From Actinomycetota bacterium (GTDB taxonomy: Bacteria > Actinomycetota > Actinomycetes > Nanopelagicales > Nanopelagicaceae): a stretch of 64,000 nucleotides of DNA. Within the stretch, counting starts at the first letter, position 1; every line of letters starts with the position of its first letter. A program made the position numbers and the translations under genes. Of this stretch, positions 21,296 through 30,681 are shown in pieces. Below the pieces are notes generated by a model. That model had not been told where the DNA came from. It saw nothing but the letters and a program-made list of their open reading frames with translations, and ran no database searches. The stretch lies in NCBI GenBank assembly GCA_041181125.1, contig JBEGQD010000070.1:3102-67101 (forward strand), given 5' to 3'.

Positions 21296-21438
21296 GATCA
21301 CAGATCTAATTTTACGGGCCAAACCAACAGATGCCGGTTATCTACTTCAGCGTGGTTTGTGATGATTTTTATTGCGCATAGAAATGAATTATTTAAAAAA
21401 TAAGTGCCGAAATTTACTTCTCAAAACACCATTTTAAG

Positions 21439-21467
21439 TTGATTCTCACCTTTTATTAACATAGGTT
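21439..21467 (+). promoter_or_regulatory. Housekeeping-sigma promoter driving the putative sRNA
   Basis: TTGATT-N17-TAGGTT; no plus-strand CDS downstream. Confidence 0.6.
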
Positions 21468-21473
21468 TGCGCC

Positions 21474-21551
21474 ACGAAGTCCCCGGATAACCGTTTCATA
21501 TCTGCAAGGGGAAGGCAGATACGAGATCGTGCGCCCGGGGATTTCGCTTTT
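21474..21551 (+). ncRNA. Putative ~78-nt small RNA: one long hairpin with an AAGGGGAAG apical loop and a 3' U-tract
   Basis: CGAAGTCCCCGG/CCGGGGATTTCG closing stem, CGTTTC/GAGATCG middle stem, TATCTGC/GCAGATA apical stem, CTTTT tail; promoter at the correct distance. Confidence 0.6.
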
Positions 21552-21563
21552 AACTTTTGAAAA

Positions 21564-22874
21564 TTAGATCAAGCCAGAGAGATCATCTGGCACAGTCACG
21601 CTATCTAAGAATGCTTTGGCATCTTTTAAATCATCAGGCATTGGTAGAAAAGCTGGATCATCCCAACACTTATCCCGGCCATCTGATCCTCTTAGTTGTT
21701 TAACCTCACTCCAAAATGCTGATGCTTCTCTCATCTTTCTCGGAGAGACCTCAAGTGCTAACAAATTTGCAAAGAGTTGTTGCATTGGTGAGTTTGTAGC
21801 ACGTCTTCTACGAGAGTTTTCGATTAATGCATTAAATGCTGGGATTCGATCAGAAGCCACCTGAGAAATAACATGATCAATCCAGCCCTCAATTAAAGCA
21901 AGTGCCATCTCTAATTTAGTTAGTGCCAATTCCTGAGCTGGAGTTTGTTGTGGAGTGAAAAGCCCAGAGTTTACTGCGATGTTAATTGCACTTGGATTAT
22001 TTATATCTATCTCACCATTTGCTATTGCTTCCTCAGCATGGCGGGTAATGGATTCAACGTCAATTTTGATTCCCTTTCCGTAAGCAGTTATGGCATCTCG
22101 GATATATCCAGATAACCAAGGAGTATTTGCAAATAATCTAGCTGCAGCGGTTTCACGCAGGGCTAAATAAATTCCAATTTGTTCAGGATCTATACCTAGC
22201 CCATCTGACCACTCAGTTATATTCTGTGGAATTAGGTGAGCAGATGCGTCGGCCTTTAACAATGGAATTGCCACATCATTGCTACTAGTAATTGAGTTAG
22301 CTAGTAGGCCAATTCCTTGGCCTAATTGGGTAGCAATTAAGGTTCCCATAAATCCTCGAAGTAAGCGAGCAACCATTGCCTTAATCGCCTCTTGTTGCGC
22401 CGGGGTGGTGTTATCACCAGCCATAAACTCGATTGGTAACTGGGATGTTGAGCTACTAACTACAGTTGAAAGAGCATCTGCCATACCAGTAGCCAGCGGT
22501 TCAAAGAGAGTTTGCCAACTACTAACAGTGCTATCTAGCCAATCTTTTTTTGCCCAGGCACTTTGAGGGCTAATTGTTGAGGCTGGGAAAACTATCTCGG
22601 TATCAAGCCAGGTATTGGCAATCTTAAGGTAGCCGGTGAGTATTTCTTGATCGGTGACTCCAACTGGAAGCTCACCCTTTGCCGTAATTATTTTTTTTGC
22701 GATATCACGAAGGGATGCAACTGTTATCAAAGTTTGTTCACCAGTTGACTGCATATTCTCAATAAAGGATTTCGCCCCAGCGATTGCATTGGAGTCAATT
22801 CCCATTTCTGAGAATTGTTTTAGGAGAGCTTCAAAATCAGGTTGCCCCTCATTTGGTAGAAAACCAAAACCCAT
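21564..22874 (-). CDS. Zinc-dependent metalloprotease-like protein (DUF2342/Rv3195 family)
   Basis: YLALRE..ARLF, LALIEGWID, RRRRAT, P..MREA motifs; divergent from the PDZ-Lon gene as in other actinobacteria. ATG 22874 chosen from the SD-like GGGTGA. Confidence 0.8.
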   Translation of the reverse strand: MGFGFLPNEGQPDFEALLKQFSEMGIDSNAIAGAKSFIENMQSTGEQTLITVASLRDIAKKIITAKGELPVGVTDQEILTGYLKIANTWLDTEIVFPASTISPQSAWAKKDWLDSTVSSWQTLFEPLATGMADALSTVVSSSTSQLPIEFMAGDNTTPAQQEAIKAMVARLLRGFMGTLIATQLGQGIGLLANSITSSNDVAIPLLKADASAHLIPQNITEWSDGLGIDPEQIGIYLALRETAAARLFANTPWLSGYIRDAITAYGKGIKIDVESITRHAEEAIANGEIDINNPSAINIAVNSGLFTPQQTPAQELALTKLEMALALIEGWIDHVISQVASDRIPAFNALIENSRRRRATNSPMQQLFANLLALEVSPRKMREASAFWSEVKQLRGSDGRDKCWDDPAFLPMPDDLKDAKAFLDSVTVPDDLSGLI

Positions 22875-22970
22875 TACGTATCTCACCCTCTGCTAGTGCT
22901 CCAAAGATAACCGACTACTGCATAACAATTATCCCATCATTTTTCTTCCCGTCTGATTACTATTGTCTCT

Positions 22971-23147
22971 ATGAACTCAACCACCTTTGCCGCACTCATC
23001 TGGTGGGTAATCCCAATTGGAGCGGTGCTATGCGCCACTGGCTACGGGGTTTGGATTTCAAAGTACAAGTCAAAGTTTGATAATGAAACAAATCGATCAG
23101 TAAGCAACTTTCAAAAATTTCAGAGTACTTTTAAACATAAAAAATAG
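22971..23147 (+). CDS. Small single-TM membrane protein (58 aa), absent from the ORF track
   Basis: MNSTTFAALIWWVIPIGAVLCATGYGVWISKYKSKFDNETNRSVSNFQKFQSTFKHKK; TACTAT-N7-ATG leaderless start; ends 18 bp before the PDZ-Lon gene. Confidence 0.72.
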   Translation: MNSTTFAALIWWVIPIGAVLCATGYGVWISKYKSKFDNETNRSVSNFQKFQSTFKHKK

Positions 23148-23165
23148 AAGCCATCCAGAGTTTAG

Positions 23166-24230
23166 ATGAAATCATTACTGCCGGTTAAGTCACACCTGCC
23201 TAAGCCAAGCCGGCTGATCTTTATTGCCTTATTACTGGCAGCATTCTTCCTGCCATCACCATATGTAATCCTGGCACCCGGAAACCCACAAAATGTTTTA
23301 GGTTCGGCGATAAAAATATCTGGAACAAAGGTTTATCCAACAACTGGAAAATTATCTGTTACCTCGGTAATGGTTACCGATCCCGATTCGTACATTACCG
23401 GCTTTGATATTTTATATGCCTGGATAGATAAAAATCGCGCTGTATTTCCAAGGGCACAAATTTATCCGCAGGGCGAAAGCGCTGCTGAGTCGATAAAAAA
23501 TGGCGCTCAGGAAATGGCAGGTTCGCAAACTAATGCCACCGCTGCCGCACTTGATTATCTTGGCTATAAAAATAAGCCAAAGTTAATTATCACTGAGGTA
23601 AATAAAAAAAGTAATGCCAACAATGTACTTGAGTTTGATGATCAAATACTCTCAATTGATGACCAAAACTTTAACTCCTCTACTCAACTAATGGATTACC
23701 TGGATAAGAAAAAACCAGGAGATTTTGTAGTAGTAAAGGTATTAAGAGCAGGTTCAGAGGTATTAAGCAATTCTATAAAGCTTTCAGCCCGTGATGATGG
23801 TTCAGCATTTATCGGAATAAGTATTCAATCTAAATTTGATTTTCCATTTGATGTAAAAATTCAGTTAGACGAGACTGGTGGACCAAGCGGAGGACTTATA
23901 TTTGCACTAGGAATTATTGAAAAGTTGACTGAGCAAGATTTTGTAAACTCTAGAAATATCGCTGGCACCGGCACTATTTCAACAGATGGCTTGGTTGGAC
24001 CAATCGGAGGAATTGCTGAGAAAATTATTGGAGCTAAAAAGGCTGGTGTTGAGTTGTTTTTAACACCAATTGAAAATTGCAGAGATATACAAAATCTACC
24101 TGAGTATAAAAACGTGAATAAAAAGGATAAGTTTAAGATTGTGCCGGTCGCCACACTTGCCGAGGCGGTATCTGTTCTAAAACTGCCAGCTGGTGGCAAT
24201 TTTCCAAGCTGTTTGGCCGCCTTCCAATAA
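23166..24230 (+). CDS. YlbL-like PDZ-domain Lon (S16) protease
   Basis: N-terminal TM, PDZ region, GGPSGGL catalytic Ser, AGTGTI, GPIGGIAEKIIGA catalytic Lys. Confidence 0.9.
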   Translation: MKSLLPVKSHLPKPSRLIFIALLLAAFFLPSPYVILAPGNPQNVLGSAIKISGTKVYPTTGKLSVTSVMVTDPDSYITGFDILYAWIDKNRAVFPRAQIYPQGESAAESIKNGAQEMAGSQTNATAAALDYLGYKNKPKLIITEVNKKSNANNVLEFDDQILSIDDQNFNSSTQLMDYLDKKKPGDFVVVKVLRAGSEVLSNSIKLSARDDGSAFIGISIQSKFDFPFDVKIQLDETGGPSGGLIFALGIIEKLTEQDFVNSRNIAGTGTISTDGLVGPIGGIAEKIIGAKKAGVELFLTPIENCRDIQNLPEYKNVNKKDKFKIVPVATLAEAVSVLKLPAGGNFPSCLAAFQ

Positions 24231-24246
24231 TAGATAAGATCTGCGC

Positions 24247-27168
24247 ATGAGTAATTCAGGCTTTGGTGGCGGAGGCTTTAACCGAAACAACAATCCCTTC
24301 GGCAGCTCAGGTTTTGGTGGAAGTTTTCCAAATCCATTTTCAAACCGCGGCGGTGGCCGTAGGAGAGTAAGCCCACTAACAATAACTTTCGTTGTCTTAT
24401 TTATACTTGCTAGCGTTTTAGTATCTTTAAGTGGTTTTTATGCTGACCTACTTTGGTTTCGATCAGTTGATTATGTAAATGTTTGGCAAACAACCTTATT
24501 CACAAAAATATTTTTATTTATCGGCTTTGGATTAATTACTGCAACTTTTGTAACTGCAAATATTTTTATTGCATTTCGCCGCCGACCAATTTATGTTCCA
24601 GTTGCAGTTGAAGCAGATAACCTAGAGAGGTATCGAGCTCAACTAGAACCTATTCGTAAATTTGCTGGAATTGGAATCTTTTTAGCACTCTTTTATTTTG
24701 CCGGAACTTCAGCAACTAGACTTTGGCAAGAATGGTTACTTTTTACTAATTCAACAAATTTTGGCACAGTTGATCCACAATTTGGTAAAGACATCTCATT
24801 TTTTGCTTTCAAATTGCCGATGTGGCAATCATTAATTGGCTGGGGTATCTCAACAATTATTTTGGCGTTACTAGCCTCTGCTGCAGTTCACTATATATAT
24901 GGCGGTATTCGAACTCAGGTTAAAGAGGATAGAACGACTGTAGTTGCCCGAGTGCAACTTTCAATTCTGCTTGGCTTATTAGTACTGCTTAAGGCAGTCG
25001 CATACTGGTTTGATCGTTATGCATTAACTTTAAAAGAGGGCAGATTAATTACTGGCCTTACCTATACAGACGTGAACGCCCTTCTTCCAGCTAAATCAAT
25101 TTTGGCAGCAATTGCAGTTGTATGCGCCCTTTTATTTTTTGCCAATATTGTGCGCAAATCATGGCTACTTCCAACAGCAGGTGTTGCCCTTATGGTTGCT
25201 GCTTCAGTATTAATTGCTGGAGTTTATCCAGCAACAATTCAACAATTCCAAGTTAAACCATCTGAGTCAACAAAAGAAGCCCCATTTATTCAGAAAAATA
25301 TCGATGCAACTAGAGCTGCATATGGATTGAATTCAGTTGAGGTGGTGGATTACCAAGCAACCGTAACAACCTCTGCCGGTCAGCTTGCCAATGATGCGGC
25401 AACTATTGCAAATATTCGGTTAATGGATCCAAATGTTTTGTCTGCAACCTTTAGGCAACTTCAGCAAATAAAGCCTTATTACAGTTTTGCTGATTCATTA
25501 GATATCGACAGGTACAAGATTAATGGCAAAGAGCGTGATGTAGTTGTTGCAGTTCGTGAGTTAAATATTGATGGTAACCCATCTAGAAATTGGATTAATG
25601 ATCACCTGGTTTACACCCATGGATTTGGCATGGTTGGAGCATTTGGTAATACCGTTGATGCTGATGGCAAACCATCATTTACTGTTGGCGATATTCCACC
25701 AACAAAGGGATTGGGTGAGTTTGAACCACGAATCTACTTTGGCGAGAATGTTCCCGATTACTCAATTATTGGTGGCCCAGCAGCGAGTAATCCAGTTGAG
25801 CTTGATTACCCCGATGATAAGTCACCAAATGGGCAGAAGAATTACACATACACCGGTAAAGGTGGCGTGCCGATGGGTTCAATTTTCTCTAGGTTACTGT
25901 TCGCAATTAAGTATCAAGAACAGCGAATTGTTTTATCTAATCTAATCAATTCTGATTCAAAGATTTTGTTTGAACGCCATCCACGTGATCGAGTAGCAAA
26001 GGTCGCACCTTGGCTAACTTTAGATGGGGATCCATATCCAGCAATTATCGATGGCAAAATACTTTGGATTGTTGATGGATATACAACCACTGCTGGTTAT
26101 CCAAACTCTCGTAAGGTTAATCTTGCTAACACGGCAGATGCATTAACTACAAGATCAAATGCAGTATCTTCTTTGGACAATAAGAATGTCAATTACATTC
26201 GAAACTCAGTGAAGGCTACGGTAGATGCCTATGATGGAACAGTTACTTTGTATCAGTGGGATGAGAAAGATCCAGTACTAGCAACTTGGAGTAAGGCATT
26301 TCCTGGAAGCGTTAAACCAAAGAGCGAAATTTCAGCTGATTTACTATCTCATATTCGTTATCCAGAGGATATGTTCCGAGTTCAGAGAGATATTTTAAGT
26401 GCCTATCACGTAACAACTGCTGATGCTTTCTATGGTGGTCAGGACTTCTGGCGAGTACCGCTTGATCCATCTAGCTTTGGTTCAAACTCAGGTAATCAAC
26501 CACCATATTATTTAACGATGCAGATACCAGGGCAGAAGAAACCAACCTTCTCTCTCTATACACCATTTGTGCCACGTGGTGGCCGTGAGAATTTAACGGC
26601 ACTTGCAGTTGTTAACTCTGATGCGGGGGATGAGTACGGAAAGATAACTGTGCTGCAACTGCCTCGCTCTACAAACATTGCAGGACCATCGCAGGTTTCA
26701 TCTAACTTTGAAGCAAAACCTGAGGTTGCAACCTCACTCTCATTACTTCGCCAAGGTGGGTCTGATGTAGTGCTAGGTAATTTGTTAACACTTCCAGTTG
26801 GTAATGGCTTACTTTATGTTCAACCGGTATATGTCAGAGCAACAGGAAATACCGCGGCGTATCCACTACTACAAAAAGTATTAGTGTCATTTGGTGATCA
26901 AATTGGTTTTAGCGAAACTCTGCAAGGTGCGTTAGATCAAGTATTTGGTGGAAACTCTGGCACAACAGTTGCCGGTAATCAATCTAATACTCCATCTGGC
27001 AGTAGTGGTGGAAGTAGCCAAGCGATTAAATCTGCAGTCGCCTCTTTGCAATCAGCATTTGCAGATTTAGAAGCCGCGCAAAAGCGATTAGATGGTGCTG
27101 CTGAAGATAGAGCAAGAGCAAGAGTTAAAGCAGCAATTGCAGCATTAATCTCCGCGCAAAACAGATAA
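24247..27168 (+). CDS. UPF0182 family membrane protein
   Basis: DLLWF, DPQFGKDISFF, HLVYTHG, PRIYFGE, NYIRNSVKATVDAYDG; followed by tRNA-Met as in other actinobacteria. Confidence 0.93.
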   Translation: MSNSGFGGGGFNRNNNPFGSSGFGGSFPNPFSNRGGGRRRVSPLTITFVVLFILASVLVSLSGFYADLLWFRSVDYVNVWQTTLFTKIFLFIGFGLITATFVTANIFIAFRRRPIYVPVAVEADNLERYRAQLEPIRKFAGIGIFLALFYFAGTSATRLWQEWLLFTNSTNFGTVDPQFGKDISFFAFKLPMWQSLIGWGISTIILALLASAAVHYIYGGIRTQVKEDRTTVVARVQLSILLGLLVLLKAVAYWFDRYALTLKEGRLITGLTYTDVNALLPAKSILAAIAVVCALLFFANIVRKSWLLPTAGVALMVAASVLIAGVYPATIQQFQVKPSESTKEAPFIQKNIDATRAAYGLNSVEVVDYQATVTTSAGQLANDAATIANIRLMDPNVLSATFRQLQQIKPYYSFADSLDIDRYKINGKERDVVVAVRELNIDGNPSRNWINDHLVYTHGFGMVGAFGNTVDADGKPSFTVGDIPPTKGLGEFEPRIYFGENVPDYSIIGGPAASNPVELDYPDDKSPNGQKNYTYTGKGGVPMGSIFSRLLFAIKYQEQRIVLSNLINSDSKILFERHPRDRVAKVAPWLTLDGDPYPAIIDGKILWIVDGYTTTAGYPNSRKVNLANTADALTTRSNAVSSLDNKNVNYIRNSVKATVDAYDGTVTLYQWDEKDPVLATWSKAFPGSVKPKSEISADLLSHIRYPEDMFRVQRDILSAYHVTTADAFYGGQDFWRVPLDPSSFGSNSGNQPPYYLTMQIPGQKKPTFSLYTPFVPRGGRENLTALAVVNSDAGDEYGKITVLQLPRSTNIAGPSQVSSNFEAKPEVATSLSLLRQGGSDVVLGNLLTLPVGNGLLYVQPVYVRATGNTAAYPLLQKVLVSFGDQIGFSETLQGALDQVFGGNSGTTVAGNQSNTPSGSSGGSSQAIKSAVASLQSAFADLEAAQKRLDGAAEDRARARVKAAIAALISAQNR

Positions 27169-27222
27169 ATAATTCAACCCATTTGGGTTAATTACATTAC
27201 TGCTCTAAGATTTAATCACCGA

Positions 27223-27299
<77 letters not shown>

Positions 27300-27300
27300 A

Positions 27301-29607
27301 TTAATTGATGCGTAAGCTATTCATTACTACAAATAGTGAAGAAAGCGACATTGCTGCTGCTGCATACATCGGGGATAAATTCCCACTTGCAGCAATTGGA
27401 ATGAATATTAGATTATAAATAAATGCCCAACCAAGATTTGATTTAATTATTCGTACAGTCTTTTTTGAAAGTGCCATAGCATCTAATGCTGCGAGCAATG
27501 ATGGCCTAATTAATGTTATATCCGCAGCAGCAATTGCAGTATCTGTTCCGGAGCCCATTGCGATACTTAAATCTGCTTTAGCGATCGCCGCAGCATCATT
27601 AATACCGTCACCAATCATTAAAACCTTACCTTTCGCCTGCAAGTTCGTGACAAACTCTAATTTGTCCTCTGGAGTAGCTGTGGCAAAAATATGATCAATT
27701 GGAATACCAACTTGGGAGCCAATTGATATCGCAGCAGATTCTCCATCGCCAGTCACCAGCCAAGTGTTAATACCAGAGGCCTGAATCTTAGATATTGCGC
27801 TCTTTGCATCTGGTTTTATCTGATCGCCAACTTCAAAAACTCCATATGCCAATCCATCTATTGCTAGCACTGCAACAGAATTTGCTCGTAATTGCGCTGC
27901 CTCAATAGCGGCTAGTAATTGGGGTGAAAACTCAGTTGTACTCCGGGCGATTGAAATTGGTGATCCAATTAAGACTGCCTTAGTTGTTGTTAAATTAGGT
28001 AATTTTATTCTTGCTGCCACACCAGCGCCTGAAGTATGTTCAAACTCTGTAGTTTCAAACTTTTGCACACCTTGCTTTATAAGCGCAGTTGAAATCGCTG
28101 CAGCAATTGGATGTGAATCCATACTTTCCAGGCTTAGCGCATAGCTCATTAAGTCAGAGGTAGAGATAGCAGTGCTTGGGGTATTTAATGGATTATCTAT
28201 TAGTGTCATCTCCTGCAAATTCATTTGGCCACTTGTAATTGTGCCAGTTTTATCAAAAACAACATCGGTGATACCAATGACTTTCTCAATAGATTTTGGA
28301 GATCTAATTACAATTCCTAATCTTGCAGCTTTTCCGGATGCAACCAAAAGCGCTATTGGAGTAGCCAATCCCAGTGCACATGGGCAAGCAATAACTAACA
28401 CTGAAACTGCAGTTGCAATAGCCTGTGCTAGTTGGGCTTGAACTAAATACCAAGCCAAAAAAGTTATAACAGCAAGTGCAAGAACTATCGGTACAAAAAC
28501 TCTACTTATACGATCTGCAAGTTGTTGTACTGGTGCCTTCTCCGATTGGGCAGCTAGTATCATTCTTGTAATTCGGGCAAGTTCAGTATCAGAACCAACT
28601 CGAGTCGCTTTAACTAATAGATTTCCATTGTTATTAATCGATCCAGCATAAACTAAATCATTTATTGCGATTTCGATTGGTGTAACTTCGCCAGACAAGA
28701 ATGCATTATTTATGGTGCTATACCCTGATACCACCTGACCATCAGTAGCTATGGCATCACCAGGTTTTACTATAAATAAATCACCAACTACTAATCGGTC
28801 AATTGGGATTACTTCAATTTTATCTCCACGACTAACCTCTACCTCGCCCGATGAGAGTTTAAATAATTGGGCCAGTGCTGAACCCGCTCTTCTTTTTGCA
28901 CGATGTTCAAGGTATCTGCCTAGCATGACAAAGAAAATAACTGCAGAGGAAACCTCTGCATAAATCTGTGGCATCTGGGTATCCAATAACTTATATGTTG
29001 CTAATGAGTAGATACTCCAGATGAGTGATATTAAAGAGCCAAGCGAAACTAATGTATCCATCGTCGGATGGTTTAAATTTTTAATTGCTGCCCTGTGAAT
29101 TGGCCAGGCTAAGAAAACTACAACTAAAACAGATAATCCAATTAAAAACCAGTATGAAATTGGTGCGATTGGGTATTCAATGGCAAAGGAGAATGATGCG
29201 TTTTTTAACATTTTATTACTTTGATTTATTAAAGAAATAAGTTTTTCATCTACTTTTTCATGCCAACTATCAAACATGGAAATAAGTATTACTGGGAGTG
29301 TAAGAATTAGAGTTACAAATAGCCTTAGACCTAGTCGATTAGATTTTTCAAAGGATTCTTTTTCACTATTAAACGGATTTGCCTGATATCCAGCATTTTG
29401 CACGGCATCAATTAAATCTTTTTCAGAGACATTTACTGGTGCAATAACATGAGCTGATTCCATAGCTAGATTTACTGCTGCTCTAACCCCAGGTAATTTA
29501 TTTAGCTCACGTTCAATTGTGTTAACGCAAGAGGAGCAAGTCATTCCAGTAAGACGTAAATCTACCTGTCTAGTTTTAATCTCATTTTGCTTAGCAATTG
29601 AACTCAT
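27301..29607 (-). CDS. copA: Cu(I)-translocating P1B-type ATPase
   Basis: GMTCSSC HMA domain, CPC, DKTGT, HP, GDGIND, YN in TM7 and MSLSS in TM8. Confidence 0.88.
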   Translation of the reverse strand: MSSIAKQNEIKTRQVDLRLTGMTCSSCVNTIERELNKLPGVRAAVNLAMESAHVIAPVNVSEKDLIDAVQNAGYQANPFNSEKESFEKSNRLGLRLFVTLILTLPVILISMFDSWHEKVDEKLISLINQSNKMLKNASFSFAIEYPIAPISYWFLIGLSVLVVVFLAWPIHRAAIKNLNHPTMDTLVSLGSLISLIWSIYSLATYKLLDTQMPQIYAEVSSAVIFFVMLGRYLEHRAKRRAGSALAQLFKLSSGEVEVSRGDKIEVIPIDRLVVGDLFIVKPGDAIATDGQVVSGYSTINNAFLSGEVTPIEIAINDLVYAGSINNNGNLLVKATRVGSDTELARITRMILAAQSEKAPVQQLADRISRVFVPIVLALAVITFLAWYLVQAQLAQAIATAVSVLVIACPCALGLATPIALLVASGKAARLGIVIRSPKSIEKVIGITDVVFDKTGTITSGQMNLQEMTLIDNPLNTPSTAISTSDLMSYALSLESMDSHPIAAAISTALIKQGVQKFETTEFEHTSGAGVAARIKLPNLTTTKAVLIGSPISIARSTTEFSPQLLAAIEAAQLRANSVAVLAIDGLAYGVFEVGDQIKPDAKSAISKIQASGINTWLVTGDGESAAISIGSQVGIPIDHIFATATPEDKLEFVTNLQAKGKVLMIGDGINDAAAIAKADLSIAMGSGTDTAIAAADITLIRPSLLAALDAMALSKKTVRIIKSNLGWAFIYNLIFIPIAASGNLSPMYAAAAMSLSSLFVVMNSLRIN

Positions 29608-29628
29608 ACCTTCAGATTACTCTTTTTC

Positions 29629-30681
29629 TCATTTAACTGACAGCACTCTGCGCAAACTAGCAAGTCTTGCTAGATCCTTCTGTGAAAAGTCAGACCAATC
29701 ATTAAGTGCGCATGCTTCTTCATTATGGGAACAGTTTTTAGGGCAAAGCGAAATAGCCTTGGTAAATTCTGGAAATGCTGAGATAACTCTTGAAGGTTGT
29801 ACATGAGCAATTCCAAATGACCGAACACCTGGCGTATCAATTATCCAGCCATAGTTTTCACCTTTAAATGATGACGACAGGGATAGTGCAATCGCGCTGG
29901 AAGAGGTGTGTCTGCCTCTTCCGGTTACTTCATTAACCTCACCAGTTGCGCGAACTTTAGATTCATTATTCATTTCTGACACTTTGTATTTTGAACTTTC
30001 AAGTAGGTTATTTACAAGTGTAGATTTACCAACTCCAGAATGACCAAGCAACACAGTAACTTTGTTGGATAAAGCATGTTGTAATTTACTCAAGTCAGAA
30101 GATTTATCAATCTTAAATATTTTAATCTCTAAATCTTTATAAGTTTCTAAAAAACTATTGCCGCTCGCTAAATCCTGCTTAGTCATAATAATTATTGGCT
30201 CAATACCTTGGTCATATGCCACAACAAGTGCCCGGTCCACAAATCCCTCTCTTGGTTCTGGATTTGTGGTAGCAATTACAATTGCCATTTGATCTACATT
30301 AGCCACAATTACTCTTTCATCATTAGCGTGGTCATCAATAGTGCGAGTTAAAGAATTCTTACGGTCCAGTACAGTAACAACCCTGGCCAGTGATCCCTCT
30401 GAACCAGATAAATCTCCAACAACTGATACTAAATCTCCAACTACGACAGATTTTTTTCCAAGCTCACGTGCTTTCATAGCCGTAATGATTGATTTAGCAC
30501 CACCAGATTGGATTAAACACTGAACTCGACCTCGGTCTACTTCGATAATCGTGGCAGTTTGTGCACTTGAATAATCTGGTCGATCTTTAGTTCTTGGTCT
30601 AGCTTTATTGCTGGAGCCAAATTGTCTTGACTTGTTTATACGAACATCATCTTCATCCCAATTTTTTTTAGATCTAACCAT
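29629..30681 (-). CDS. rsgA: Ribosome small subunit-dependent GTPase A
   Basis: TKQD, GHSGVGKST, GRHTS, DTPG, C-x3-C-x-H-x4-C Zn motif. Start set at ATG 30681, overlapping the aroA stop. Confidence 0.93.
   Translation of the reverse strand: MVRSKKNWDEDDVRINKSRQFGSSNKARPRTKDRPDYSSAQTATIIEVDRGRVQCLIQSGGAKSIITAMKARELGKKSVVVGDLVSVVGDLSGSEGSLARVVTVLDRKNSLTRTIDDHANDERVIVANVDQMAIVIATTNPEPREGFVDRALVVAYDQGIEPIIIMTKQDLASGNSFLETYKDLEIKIFKIDKSSDLSKLQHALSNKVTVLLGHSGVGKSTLVNNLLESSKYKVSEMNNESKVRATGEVNEVTGRGRHTSSSAIALSLSSSFKGENYGWIIDTPGVRSFGIAHVQPSRVISAFPEFTKAISLCPKNCSHNEEACALNDWSDFSQKDLARLASLRRVLSVK

Noticed and set aside
21234-21460. Chromosomal oriC
   Set aside because: No dnaA/dnaN nearby and only four imperfect boxes; kept only as a non-origin cluster.
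22784-23080. 98-aa plus-strand ORF
   Set aside because: It overlaps the opposite-strand gene start and has no motif; a different frame (22971-23147) has promoter and TM support.
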